Positions 8,542 to 17,790 of a stretch of 49,621 nucleotides of DNA are shown piece after piece. Origin of the DNA: Candidatus Aminicenantes bacterium (GTDB lineage Bacteria; Acidobacteriota; Aminicenantia; Aminicenantales; Aminicenantaceae); contig JAOUKO010000003.1 of NCBI GenBank assembly GCA_029882525.1, positions 1-49,621 on the forward strand, read 5' to 3'. The notes beneath the pieces were generated by a model, which saw only the letters and a list, made by a program, of their open reading frames with translations, was not told the origin of the DNA and made no database searches. The position numbers and the translations under genes were made by a program. The stretch's first letter is position 1. Each line of letters starts with the position of its first letter.

Positions 8542-10935
8542 ATGATTTCTCTGCGTCACATCTTCCGGCAGCGGACATTATTTGTTGTCCTGTGTTTGAC
8601 AGCCACAGTATTGCTCCTTTCTCCGCTGCTGGCCCAGAAAAAAGCAAAAACACCACAAAGGATCCATTCCACCGACCCAGCCCTGAGGATGAAATGGTTC
8701 GACCAGCATCTGGATATGAAAAAGAACTCCCCCTATAAAGACATGAACTGGCAGCACATCGGTCCCCAGAATATCAGCGGCAGATGCACCGACATCGCTG
8801 TGGTCACCCCAAAGGGAGGGAACTACATCATCTACGTGGCCACAGCCTCCGGAGGTGTCTGGAAGACATCAAACGAGGGTACGACCTGGGAGCCCTTCTT
8901 CGACCAGGAAGCTTCGACCTCGATCGGCGATGTGACCATCGCTCCTTCGAACCCGGATATCGTCTGGATCGGAACCGGGGAGGCGAACATCTTCCGCAGC
9001 TCGATGGCAGGAAGCGGAGTGTACAAATCCACAGACGCTGGAAAGACATGGAAGCACATGGGTCTGACCGGGACCCATACTATTCCCCGAATCGTCATTC
9101 ATCCTCAAAACCCGGATATCGTCTATGTGGCGGCCTCAGGACATGAATGGACCCATAACACAGAGCGCGGAGTCTACAAGACCACAGACGGCGGAAAGAC
9201 CTGGGAAAAGATTCTCTATATCAACGAGCAAACAGGGGCTATTGACCTGGTCATGGACCCCGCAGATTTCAACACGCTCTATGCTGCCACCTGGCAGAGA
9301 ATCCGGAAAAAATGGAACGATCCCCGGAACGAGCCCCAGTATACGGGAAGCGGTATCCACAAGACCACTGACGCCGGCAAGACCTGGAAACCCATGAACA
9401 ACGGCCTGCCTGAGGCCAAATACAGGGGCCGCATCGGCATCGACCTCTGCCTCTCCAAGCCTAACGTGCTCTATGCCCTGGTTGACAGTTATGAGATCGC
9501 CCGGGAGATTACAGGTGCGGATAGAGCCGATACCTACGGCGTCCCTTCGAGCGGTTTTATAAAGGGAGCGACAGTCTACCGCTCCGATGACAGCGGCGCG
9601 AGCTGGACACAGACGAGCGGACTGACTCCTGAACAAAAACAATTCATGGAGCGACACTCCAACACCTACGGCTGGGTTTTCGGACAGATCCGTGTCGACC
9701 CCAGCAACGAAAACACCGTCTACATCATGGGTGTTCCTTTGAGCGTTTCCGAGGACGGGGGAAAGACCTTCCGGACGATCGGCAGGGGAGTGCATGGCGA
9801 CCATCACGGCATGTGGATCGACCCGGAAAATTCCGACTATATCGTCAATGTCAACGACGGCGGGATCGTGATCTCCTACGACAAGGGAAAAACCTGGAGG
9901 CAGTTCAGGGATAACCTCCCGGTCTGCCAGTTTTTCAACATTGCCTATGATATGGACACACCTTTCCGTGTCTACGGCTCCATGCAGGACCACGGCAGCT
10001 TCAGAGGTATCGTCGACCTCAGTGAGGGCAGAGACCAGATCCCGACCGTGGATTTTGAGGAGGCCCCCGGCGGCGAAGGCAGCAGCCACGCCATCGACCC
10101 GACCGACCCGAGAGTTGTCTATTCGGCGGGCTTCTACGGGCATATCAACAGGTCAACCCTCACCGAATCTGGCAGATGGCAGAGCAAATATCTCCTTCCC
10201 CGCCAGTACGAAGGCGAGCCGAGGCTGCGGGGACAGTGGGTCGCGCCATTTATCCTCTCGCCCCACAACTCCAACATAATCTACCACGGCATGCAGTACA
10301 TCTTCCGTTCCCTGGACCGGGGAGATACCTGGGAGAGGATCAGCCCGGACATGACCTACAACATCCAATCCGAGCTGGGGGATATCCCGTACCAGACGAT
10401 CTTTGCGATCTCCGAGTCTCCTCTCAAGTACGGCCTGGTCTACGTGGGCACCGACGACGGCAAAGCCCATGTCACCAAGGATGGCGGCAAGACCTGGAAA
10501 GAGATCATGAAGGGACTGCCCTACAGAAAATGGGTGTCCAGGATGGTCGCCTCTGCTTTTGATATGAGCACAGTCTACATGACACAGAACGGGAAACGGG
10601 ATGACGACTTTGCGGCTTACGTCTGGAAATCCACGGACTACGGTGAGAACTGGCAGGATATCTCCGGCAATATCCCTCTCGGCCCGGTCAACGTGATCAG
10701 AGAGCATCCGAGGAACAAGGATGTCCTGTTTGTCGGCACGGATATAGGCGTTTACGTCACCACGGACGGCGGCAAGACCTGGAATGTCCTGGGAGGCAAC
10801 CTCCCCTCAACCTTTGTTCATGACCTGATCGTTCATCCCCGCGATAACATACTGGTGATTGCTACCCATGGCCGCGGGATGTGGGCTATGGATGTCGACA
10901 AGTTCAATCCTCCGCAGAGAAAACGCCGCAGATAA
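8542..10935 (+). CDS. Secreted BNR/Asp-box repeat (VPS10/sortilin-like) beta-propeller protein, putative glycosyl hydrolase
   Basis: GGAGG RBS; signal peptide; many S/T-x-D-x-G-K-T-W Asp boxes; ends ATHGRGMW. Confidence 0.88.
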   Translation: MISLRHIFRQRTLFVVLCLTATVLLLSPLLAQKKAKTPQRIHSTDPALRMKWFDQHLDMKKNSPYKDMNWQHIGPQNISGRCTDIAVVTPKGGNYIIYVATASGGVWKTSNEGTTWEPFFDQEASTSIGDVTIAPSNPDIVWIGTGEANIFRSSMAGSGVYKSTDAGKTWKHMGLTGTHTIPRIVIHPQNPDIVYVAASGHEWTHNTERGVYKTTDGGKTWEKILYINEQTGAIDLVMDPADFNTLYAATWQRIRKKWNDPRNEPQYTGSGIHKTTDAGKTWKPMNNGLPEAKYRGRIGIDLCLSKPNVLYALVDSYEIAREITGADRADTYGVPSSGFIKGATVYRSDDSGASWTQTSGLTPEQKQFMERHSNTYGWVFGQIRVDPSNENTVYIMGVPLSVSEDGGKTFRTIGRGVHGDHHGMWIDPENSDYIVNVNDGGIVISYDKGKTWRQFRDNLPVCQFFNIAYDMDTPFRVYGSMQDHGSFRGIVDLSEGRDQIPTVDFEEAPGGEGSSHAIDPTDPRVVYSAGFYGHINRSTLTESGRWQSKYLLPRQYEGEPRLRGQWVAPFILSPHNSNIIYHGMQYIFRSLDRGDTWERISPDMTYNIQSELGDIPYQTIFAISESPLKYGLVYVGTDDGKAHVTKDGGKTWKEIMKGLPYRKWVSRMVASAFDMSTVYMTQNGKRDDDFAAYVWKSTDYGENWQDISGNIPLGPVNVIREHPRNKDVLFVGTDIGVYVTTDGGKTWNVLGGNLPSTFVHDLIVHPRDNILVIATHGRGMWAMDVDKFNPPQRKRRR

Positions 10936-11059
10936 TCAGGAAGAGCGAGGGTAAAGAGAAGGCTCCAGCTCAAAGATAAATAAGAAAAAAGACAGTAGAA
11001 GACTTTTCCCCGGATTTCTCCTGTCTCCTCAACCAGCTAGAGACTAAGCCTATCCGAGC

Positions 11060-11680
11060 CTACTTGTACTTCACCGAACAGCCATAAGGTTGGCTGGTTT
11101 TGACAGTGACTTCCTTTCCGGCCAGCAGCTCATCCAGAGCCATCTGAACATAATTTTTGGCTTTATCGATATCGGCTGGATTGGCGGAACGGATATCGTC
11201 TATCCCTCCGTTGTAAACCAAAACTCCATCGGAATTGATTATGAACATGTGGGGCGTTGTTTTGGCACCGTACAGCTTTCCGACTGTCCCCTCAGGGTCG
11301 AGAAGCACACCTGTGGGGGACGCTTTTTTCTGTTTGACTGCTTCTGTGGCTTCTTCTGGTGTCATGTAACCCTGTTTTCCGGGAGCTGAGGAGATGACCG
11401 AAAACCAGATGATTCCCTTGTCGGTGTAAATCTTCTGGAGCTTCTGCATGTTGCCGGAGTTGTAATGCTTCTGGACGAACGGACAACCGTGATTCAGCCA
11501 TTCCAGGACAACGATCTTCCCCTTGTAACCAGAGAGAGAATGGGCTTTGCCGTTGGAATCGGGAAGCGTGAAATCAGGCGCTGTCTCTCCCACCGATGTC
11601 TCCGCGGCTTGAGTCAACAGGCTCAAGGCAAGGAAAAATCCTGCCAGGATCATTCCCGTGAAATAAAGATATCTTTTCAT
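11060..11680 (-). CDS. Thioredoxin-like AhpC/TSA (redoxin) family periplasmic protein
   Basis: AGGAGG RBS; signal peptide; APDFTL, WLNHGCPFV, YGAKTTPH, C-terminal GCSVKY. Confidence 0.85.
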   Translation of the reverse strand: MKRYLYFTGMILAGFFLALSLLTQAAETSVGETAPDFTLPDSNGKAHSLSGYKGKIVVLEWLNHGCPFVQKHYNSGNMQKLQKIYTDKGIIWFSVISSAPGKQGYMTPEEATEAVKQKKASPTGVLLDPEGTVGKLYGAKTTPHMFIINSDGVLVYNGGIDDIRSANPADIDKAKNYVQMALDELLAGKEVTVKTSQPYGCSVKYK

Positions 11681-11706
11681 TGTATCACCTCCTTGGGCGA
11701 TTGGGT

Positions 11707-12597
11707 TTATTCCTGTTGATGCAGGGGCAAATCTATGTAAAAGGCACGCTCTTGCCCGGCCTGGCTCCAGCCCTTCGGAGAAAACAGAATCCCGTGAAGG
11801 CGCTGCGGAAGGCTCACGGACAAAACCGACCTCCGGATTTCGAGGACGTATCCATTCCCGGATTTTTTCAGACTTTGCGTTTTGGAATAATCGATCATCC
11901 CCTCCTGCTCGGGAAAAAAGGCCAGGCCAGTCAGTTCGTCTTTAAACCAGGGAGGGGGATCTACCTGAATAAGAATGTTGCTGCTTCCCGCCGAGGCCCT
12001 TATCTTCCAATCAGGAAATGCTCGAGGTAAATTCATTCGGGTCTCAACAAAACGACCAGCCCATCGCATGTCAAGATCAGGGATAATGTCTTTAACCGGC
12101 AGGCTTAATGATAATTCCGCGGAGCCCGGAATGCAGCTTTCTTTGCAGGCCAGCCACTCTACTATGGCTGTAATTTTGACTTCAGTGCCGGGTTTCGTGT
12201 TCTCTTCTGCTATGACCTCAGTGATGAGAAAAGCCTCACCTGCGTAGCCAAAGCTCACCACCGGAGGCTCCCCGAATTTCTGGGGACAAGGCCATCGGAC
12301 CTCTCCAACCGTAAAGCCATCCGGGAGCTGCCAGGTGATCTTGGTCGGCATCCCGGAATCCCCGGGATTTCTCCAGTAAGTGTGCCAGTGCTCGTCCATC
12401 TTGAGCCGGACAGCAACACTAAAGGCCCGTCCTGGCTGGATGGACCTGACCTCAGAAACCAACTCCGCTTCCACATGGACTGAGCTGCTGCATCCGTTGA
12501 GGATGATGAAGACGATAGAGAGCGCGATGAGGAACACGCTGTGAATCGTATTATGAACATTCTGGAAAGCTTTTTTCACACAAAAGCCTGTTTTCAT
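11707..12597 (-). CDS. Stand-alone DsbD N-terminal-domain protein, probable lipoprotein
   Basis: WHTYWRNPGDSG, WLACKESCIP (CxxxC), lipobox LNGC; start placed at ATG 12597 rather than 12645. Confidence 0.8.
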   Translation of the reverse strand: MKTGFCVKKAFQNVHNTIHSVFLIALSIVFIILNGCSSSVHVEAELVSEVRSIQPGRAFSVAVRLKMDEHWHTYWRNPGDSGMPTKITWQLPDGFTVGEVRWPCPQKFGEPPVVSFGYAGEAFLITEVIAEENTKPGTEVKITAIVEWLACKESCIPGSAELSLSLPVKDIIPDLDMRWAGRFVETRMNLPRAFPDWKIRASAGSSNILIQVDPPPWFKDELTGLAFFPEQEGMIDYSKTQSLKKSGNGYVLEIRRSVLSVSLPQRLHGILFSPKGWSQAGQERAFYIDLPLHQQE

Positions 12598-12781
12598 GTT
12601 CTCAACCTGTCTTCTGGAAGAATAACATCCGCCAAGGAACTCCATCTTTCACCTTTACGCCGGCGAAACACATTTTCTTTTTGAACATTTCTTACTTATA
12701 TCATAGGAATAATCAGTTATCAACCCTATTTAAGGAACATTCCCCAGAAGGGCAGCCCTTCTCTCCGATTTCTTTTTCACT

Positions 12782-12860
12782 GTTCTCTTCCAGATAGTGG
12801 GGGTAAATGCACGGGAATGGATAAAGCAACCTTCCCTATTTAGCCTTCCCGAACCGTTCC
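12782..12860 (+). repeat. Repeat family D, left-end partial copy
   Basis: GTTCTCTTCCAGATAGTGGGGGTAAATGCACGGGAATGG...ATTTAGCCTTCCCGA matches 28577-28650. Confidence 0.75.
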
Positions 12861-13055
12861 CGACCGCACGATGCTCCCAGGCTCAATAGTCCCCAACCAT
12901 CTATAATATCTTTTATAAACGCGCAAAAATCAACCGTTGCCGGAGCAATCTCTAAAACCCGGGCCTTTTTATCCTGAACCCCATCTCAACATAAGGGAGC
13001 CGCTGGATGTAAAATTATTTTACTGATTGGAAAAGATCTTTCTCGTGACCATATC

Positions 13056-14672
13056 TTGATTTTAAAAATTCCTGCCAAATCAAGGCAGAAACCTGGCTTT
13101 AAGAGTCTATTTGGCACGGAAGTTGCTCCTTCATTTATTGACCTAAAGAGGATGGCGGAAAATGGTTTCAACCGGACTTCAAACTATCACTCATCTGCTG
13201 TGTCCAAACATACTATCCGGAGTTTCTTTCCTATCTCTGATCCTCTGCCTAAAAGCATCCCCAGTTTCGCCATTCCGTTGGTCCTGGCGCTTCTCGTCTG
13301 TCTCTGCTTCCCCCCAGGCCTCCGGTCACAAAAGGAGGCTGAGCTGCACCAGAGACAGTTCAACACTCTCTACATCGAAGGTAAATGCCTTTTCTACGAA
13401 ATCTTGAAGAGAGAGGCTGAACACGTGCAAATCTTGGACAAAGACAGAAAAATGCTGGTAAAAGCTCAAAAGAAAATACCCGGCCTCTACGAGCACTTGA
13501 TGAATTTCTACTACTGCCACACAAGACCAGACGAGAAGAGAGGCGTCAACTTCCGCTCTCACCTCCTGGATTTCACCAAAAACATGGCCGGAGAATTCAT
13601 CCAATCCATCACCGAATTCACTCCCAACGAAAAAGCGTCTCCTCTGGAATCCGTTCTCTACTCGACCGGATATTTCTCGAGGCAAATGTTTCCTATCTTC
13701 CGCGACTACCGAAGGCCAGTCAGCAGACGTGCAAAGGCGAACTGGGCCCTTGAGGAATTGAAGGTCAGTGAAGCCCATTCTTTTTCCAGAGGCGAGGGCA
13801 TAAAACTGGCCATAATCGATTCGGGCGTTGACCCGACTTTACAAGAGCTAAGATCAAGGATCACAGCGTTGAAAAACTTCCTTGACGGCTCAAAACCAGC
13901 TTTCGATAAAGGAAAATTTCCGTATGACTGGAGCGGCCACGGAACATCAATCGCAACGGTGGTCTTTCAAGTTGCACCAGGAGTCGAACTGGCCATTGTC
14001 AAAGTCTACGACAATGAAACCATGAGCACCGTCCCCCCCAGCCGATGGAGTACCTATCTCTTCGCTGCAGGGATGATCTGGGCAACTCAGAATGGGGCAA
14101 ACATCATCAATCTCAGCGCAGCGTTCCAAGTAGACACCAAGGCCATAAGGGAAGCATCCCAGTACTGCTGGGAGAATAATGTAGTGGTGGTCTCCCCCAT
14201 AGCCAATGTCACCGAAGACGAGCACGAGAAAACCTTGTATTTCCCGGCGGCTTATCCCTGGACAATTGCTGTTGGCGGCGTTGAGAAATCCAACGGAAAG
14301 CTTCGAGTATCCGCACTTTCCTCAGAAGCAGTCTATCTGGATGTGGTCGCTCCAGCCTCAGGTTTTGTTGTGGAAATGCCTTCCTACCTTGACCGGAGAA
14401 GAAGACCTGCTATGGCTTTCGGAAATTCATTAGCCGTGCCCTTTGTTGCGGGCACGGCAGCCCTCATCTTGTCCGCCATGGAAGATCAGACTCTCCTCAA
14501 GCTCAAGGAAAAACCAGGACAGCTGGTCGAGGCTGTCCGCGAAATATTGAGGCAAACCTCATCCAACACCATCCTCGGCTTTGATGAGCCGAACCCGGTC
14601 TCGGGCTACGGCTGTATTGACATCATCAAAGCAGTGGAGGCTGCACAAAACCTGAAGGTGAAAAACAGGTAG
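13056..14672 (+). CDS. Subtilisin-like S8 serine peptidase, secreted (true start probably downstream of 13056)
   Basis: Catalytic triad IIDSG / GHGT / GNSLAVP; FPAAYP; hydrophobic leader FAIPLVLALLVCLCF. Confidence 0.8.
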   Translation: MILKIPAKSRQKPGFKSLFGTEVAPSFIDLKRMAENGFNRTSNYHSSAVSKHTIRSFFPISDPLPKSIPSFAIPLVLALLVCLCFPPGLRSQKEAELHQRQFNTLYIEGKCLFYEILKREAEHVQILDKDRKMLVKAQKKIPGLYEHLMNFYYCHTRPDEKRGVNFRSHLLDFTKNMAGEFIQSITEFTPNEKASPLESVLYSTGYFSRQMFPIFRDYRRPVSRRAKANWALEELKVSEAHSFSRGEGIKLAIIDSGVDPTLQELRSRITALKNFLDGSKPAFDKGKFPYDWSGHGTSIATVVFQVAPGVELAIVKVYDNETMSTVPPSRWSTYLFAAGMIWATQNGANIINLSAAFQVDTKAIREASQYCWENNVVVVSPIANVTEDEHEKTLYFPAAYPWTIAVGGVEKSNGKLRVSALSSEAVYLDVVAPASGFVVEMPSYLDRRRRPAMAFGNSLAVPFVAGTAALILSAMEDQTLLKLKEKPGQLVEAVREILRQTSSNTILGFDEPNPVSGYGCIDIIKAVEAAQNLKVKNR

Positions 14673-14687
14673 GAACTCAGCAGGAGA

Positions 14688-17462
14688 TCATCTGTCGAAG
14701 ACTATCTCTATCTGGTCGCCCGGCTTAAGCATGACGGGCCCATCCAGATAAACAACGGCCAAATCCTTTTCTAACTTCAGGTTTGCCCCCGCTTTTCCTG
14801 AACGGACACGGAGGGTCTTGATGGAACGAAAACCATATCCTCGGGACAATCCGAGCTTGGCCAGCTTAAAGCTCCCATACTCCACTTTTAGGACGACCTC
14901 ATTCCCCTTCAGGTTAAAACTCCCCCATCCAGTCCCCGAAGACCAGAAGGTGGAGAAGTCGTCTGTGTTAATCTTCGGGGAAAAGGCGATAAAACCTGTA
15001 GTCCCGTCATACTGGTAACCGGAAAGGGCGAGCAGCACTGCCCAGCTGGCCATGGCTCGGGCATAATGATGGCCGCACTCGAGCTCATCCCAGGGATTGC
15101 GGTTAAAGCCGCAGTATCTCTCTCTCAAAGCCTTGACAATTGTCAACCCTTCATCTATATGGCCGGAATAGATCAGGCTGGCTGCCACCTGGTACTCGAT
15201 TCCTGTCCAGACCTCATCCGAATAGACAAAAGGAAGCGCAGGTCTCTCTCCTTTCGGCCAGGAACAAAGGAGAAGCCCTGCCTCATCATTCAGAGCATAG
15301 ACTCTTTGCACATTCGAAAATCGGCTCAAATCCTTTAGAAAATTGTACTGAAAAATGGACTTCACAGCCTTATCCACGTTTTCTTTGGGGAGGACATACC
15401 CTAAACCAGCCGCATGGGCCAGATACTGCCCCAGAAGCTGGTCAGAGAGGCAGCCTTCTCCGTACTGATATTTGGGGACAATGTCGCCTTTTTCTAAAGC
15501 GTCCTTCCTGCCACCCGGGGATTCCTTTCCTTTGCAGGCAGGATTCTCGCATTTCTTCTCGGGCGTACGCAGGTATTCCGGAACTACAAGACCTTCCATG
15601 ACATCGACCTTCTGGATGTAATACTCCCCATTCCAGAGCAGGGAATCATACTGTTTTGAGCCTTTCTGGAAGATCTTGAGATATTCATCTGCTTTTTTCT
15701 TATCTCCCACTCCTTCTGCCATATCGGAGGCTGCCCTGAGAGCCGCCAGATACAACGATCCGGTCATGGTGTTGGGGCCGTAAAATTCAATATCATAGGT
15801 ATTGTGCTGCTCACCCTCCATGACCCCATCTTTGTCAGGATCCCAGGGCAGATGCAGACGGTCCTTCTGCCATTTCAAGTCCTCGCTCACCTCACCCACG
15901 CCTTCCCAGGCAAATTCCAGGGCCGCTTTCACCTTGGGCCAGAGCTTCCTGAGCCATTCCGTATCCCCGGATAACTTCCACTCCCGGTAGACCCTGACGA
16001 CGTTCCCCATCTGGCCATCAGCGCAGGGCTTATACGTCCACCAGTACTTTCCGAGAGGCATGAGCGTCCTGAACACCTGGTATCCGTTGGCAAACGTGTT
16101 ATGAAGGAAATCTGTTTCCCGCATTGTCCTCTCCAGAGAAGGAAAGAGATAAGCCAAAGTCTGCTCATAGTTCCAGACATGGGTGCAGTTCATCGGGCAG
16201 CAGCCTGAATCATCCGTCAAGCCCTCAAACCCAAATAATTTGCCGTCTTCGGTACGCATCACCAGATTCGTCTTTAAAGAAGACGCCTGGGAAGACAAGG
16301 CATCAAGCACATATGAAGGATAGGTAGAACCAAAAAGTACATGATGGTATGTTTGCGTATCCCGATACAGCTCTTCTCCATTCTTGATCAAACTGCGGGC
16401 CACATCCCAGGCATCCTGGAATTTCATCGCGAAAAAGTTCTTGAATCTCTTCCCCTTAACCTCCTCTTCTCTGTTCCAGTAATTCTCTCTGTTCGGGAAA
16501 TGCCAGGTGAGATAAAAAGGAACAATCCTTTCCTCTCCGGGCTTGAGCTCGATATGGACCAAGAGCGTCGCCACGTCGCTTCTTCCTTCGGGAGACTCCT
16601 CACTGTCCGTTACGTTTTCTATCCGGCCATCATCCGAGAAATCATCCCAGAAAATGTGGGCATTATCCCACCAGCCTCCCCTGTACCAGCGGGTCTGAGC
16701 ATCCACATCTTTTTCCGTGACGATAAAGGCCAGGCTTCCGTACTCAAGGGCGTCCTCATCTCCCCTGTTTGACCACATCTTGACTCCTCTGAATCCTCCC
16801 TCATCGATATACTGGTTCAGATTCTTCCCGAAGCTCTGCCGGCTGGATGGGTCCAGTGTCTTGATGGGATTCAGCATGCTGAACGCCAGCGAGACTTTGA
16901 CTGAAGACGTGGTCACGTTCTTGATCTTCCAGTTGAAAATAGCTGCCGGGAAACCGCTCTTATCAGGGGCTAAGGGAATAAAGGGATTGTAAGCCTCAAG
17001 CTTCACTTCAAGTGGGACTGCTTCATCCTCAAAAGTTAGATAGGCAAAGGGGTATTCCCCTTTGAAAATCACTTCGTTGAAGCGGGAAACGCCTGGAAGT
17101 TGATTCCTCGGAATGCCCATCCAGGAAACATAAGGCGGGAAATACTGGCGTTCCAGAATCTTGGCCACGGATTCCTTCCCCTGCTCCTGGGCCCAGATGG
17201 AGAAAAAGGTGGAATCCGGGGCTTTTCCCTTGGCAGGCCGGTTAAAGATCTCCAGTTCTCTGATCTCACCCCTGCCGCCCAGGGTGATGTTTCCTGTCCC
17301 CAGGCCGCCGATGGGGAAAGCGATCATTTTCAAACCCTCACCTGTTAACTCTTTTATTTTTCCGGAATCGTAAAGTTTCTCTTTCTCCATAACCTGACCT
17401 CTGCCGATAAGAAAGCTACAAAGAAAAAATATTCCCAAAGTGCAGAAAATAAATTTTTTCAT
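14688..17462 (-). CDS. GH116 family beta-glucosidase/non-lysosomal glucosylceramidase-like
   Basis: IGGLGTG, EAYNPFIP, FEG...CCPMNCTHVWNY, HNTYD, DQLLGQ, EVWTGIEY, ECGHHYAR. Confidence 0.9.
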   Translation of the reverse strand: MKKFIFCTLGIFFLCSFLIGRGQVMEKEKLYDSGKIKELTGEGLKMIAFPIGGLGTGNITLGGRGEIRELEIFNRPAKGKAPDSTFFSIWAQEQGKESVAKILERQYFPPYVSWMGIPRNQLPGVSRFNEVIFKGEYPFAYLTFEDEAVPLEVKLEAYNPFIPLAPDKSGFPAAIFNWKIKNVTTSSVKVSLAFSMLNPIKTLDPSSRQSFGKNLNQYIDEGGFRGVKMWSNRGDEDALEYGSLAFIVTEKDVDAQTRWYRGGWWDNAHIFWDDFSDDGRIENVTDSEESPEGRSDVATLLVHIELKPGEERIVPFYLTWHFPNRENYWNREEEVKGKRFKNFFAMKFQDAWDVARSLIKNGEELYRDTQTYHHVLFGSTYPSYVLDALSSQASSLKTNLVMRTEDGKLFGFEGLTDDSGCCPMNCTHVWNYEQTLAYLFPSLERTMRETDFLHNTFANGYQVFRTLMPLGKYWWTYKPCADGQMGNVVRVYREWKLSGDTEWLRKLWPKVKAALEFAWEGVGEVSEDLKWQKDRLHLPWDPDKDGVMEGEQHNTYDIEFYGPNTMTGSLYLAALRAASDMAEGVGDKKKADEYLKIFQKGSKQYDSLLWNGEYYIQKVDVMEGLVVPEYLRTPEKKCENPACKGKESPGGRKDALEKGDIVPKYQYGEGCLSDQLLGQYLAHAAGLGYVLPKENVDKAVKSIFQYNFLKDLSRFSNVQRVYALNDEAGLLLCSWPKGERPALPFVYSDEVWTGIEYQVAASLIYSGHIDEGLTIVKALRERYCGFNRNPWDELECGHHYARAMASWAVLLALSGYQYDGTTGFIAFSPKINTDDFSTFWSSGTGWGSFNLKGNEVVLKVEYGSFKLAKLGLSRGYGFRSIKTLRVRSGKAGANLKLEKDLAVVYLDGPVMLKPGDQIEIVFDR

Positions 17463-17613
17463 ATTTCCCCCTGAAAAGATTATTTTTGATATTCACGATC
17501 TCGCGCTTTTTCAGCTTATAACAAAGGCAGCTATCGATGTCAAACACATGGAATAAAAAAAAGGAGTTCTGATTATTTGAACACGAATGGATCTAAAGCT
17601 GAGGAGTGATCAG

Positions 17614-17787
17614 GTCAACTTGGAGGGGGAACTGACTTCCCCCTTCCAACGCTCGCTTCCGCTCGCTGCCTCCCCTTCTCGGGCGGGGCATGAACCCACG
17701 CCCTGCGACCAAGGAGGCATATCCCCTTTCATTCCCCGACGATCGTTTCCCCGCGGCAAGCCGCGGGGCATATCTTCCGATCGTCAA
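17614..17787 (+). mobile_element. Repeat family A copy 1 (174 bp, multi-hairpin, bounded by GTCAA)
   Basis: Near-identical to 19124-19269 and 23180-23353; strand label arbitrary; mobility inferred. Confidence 0.8.
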
Positions 17788-17790
17788 GGA

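Noticed and set aside
8860-10790. Recurring GGCAAGACCTGG-like DNA repeats
   Set aside because: They encode the Asp-box/BNR protein repeats with irregular spacing; not a CRISPR or DNA-level array
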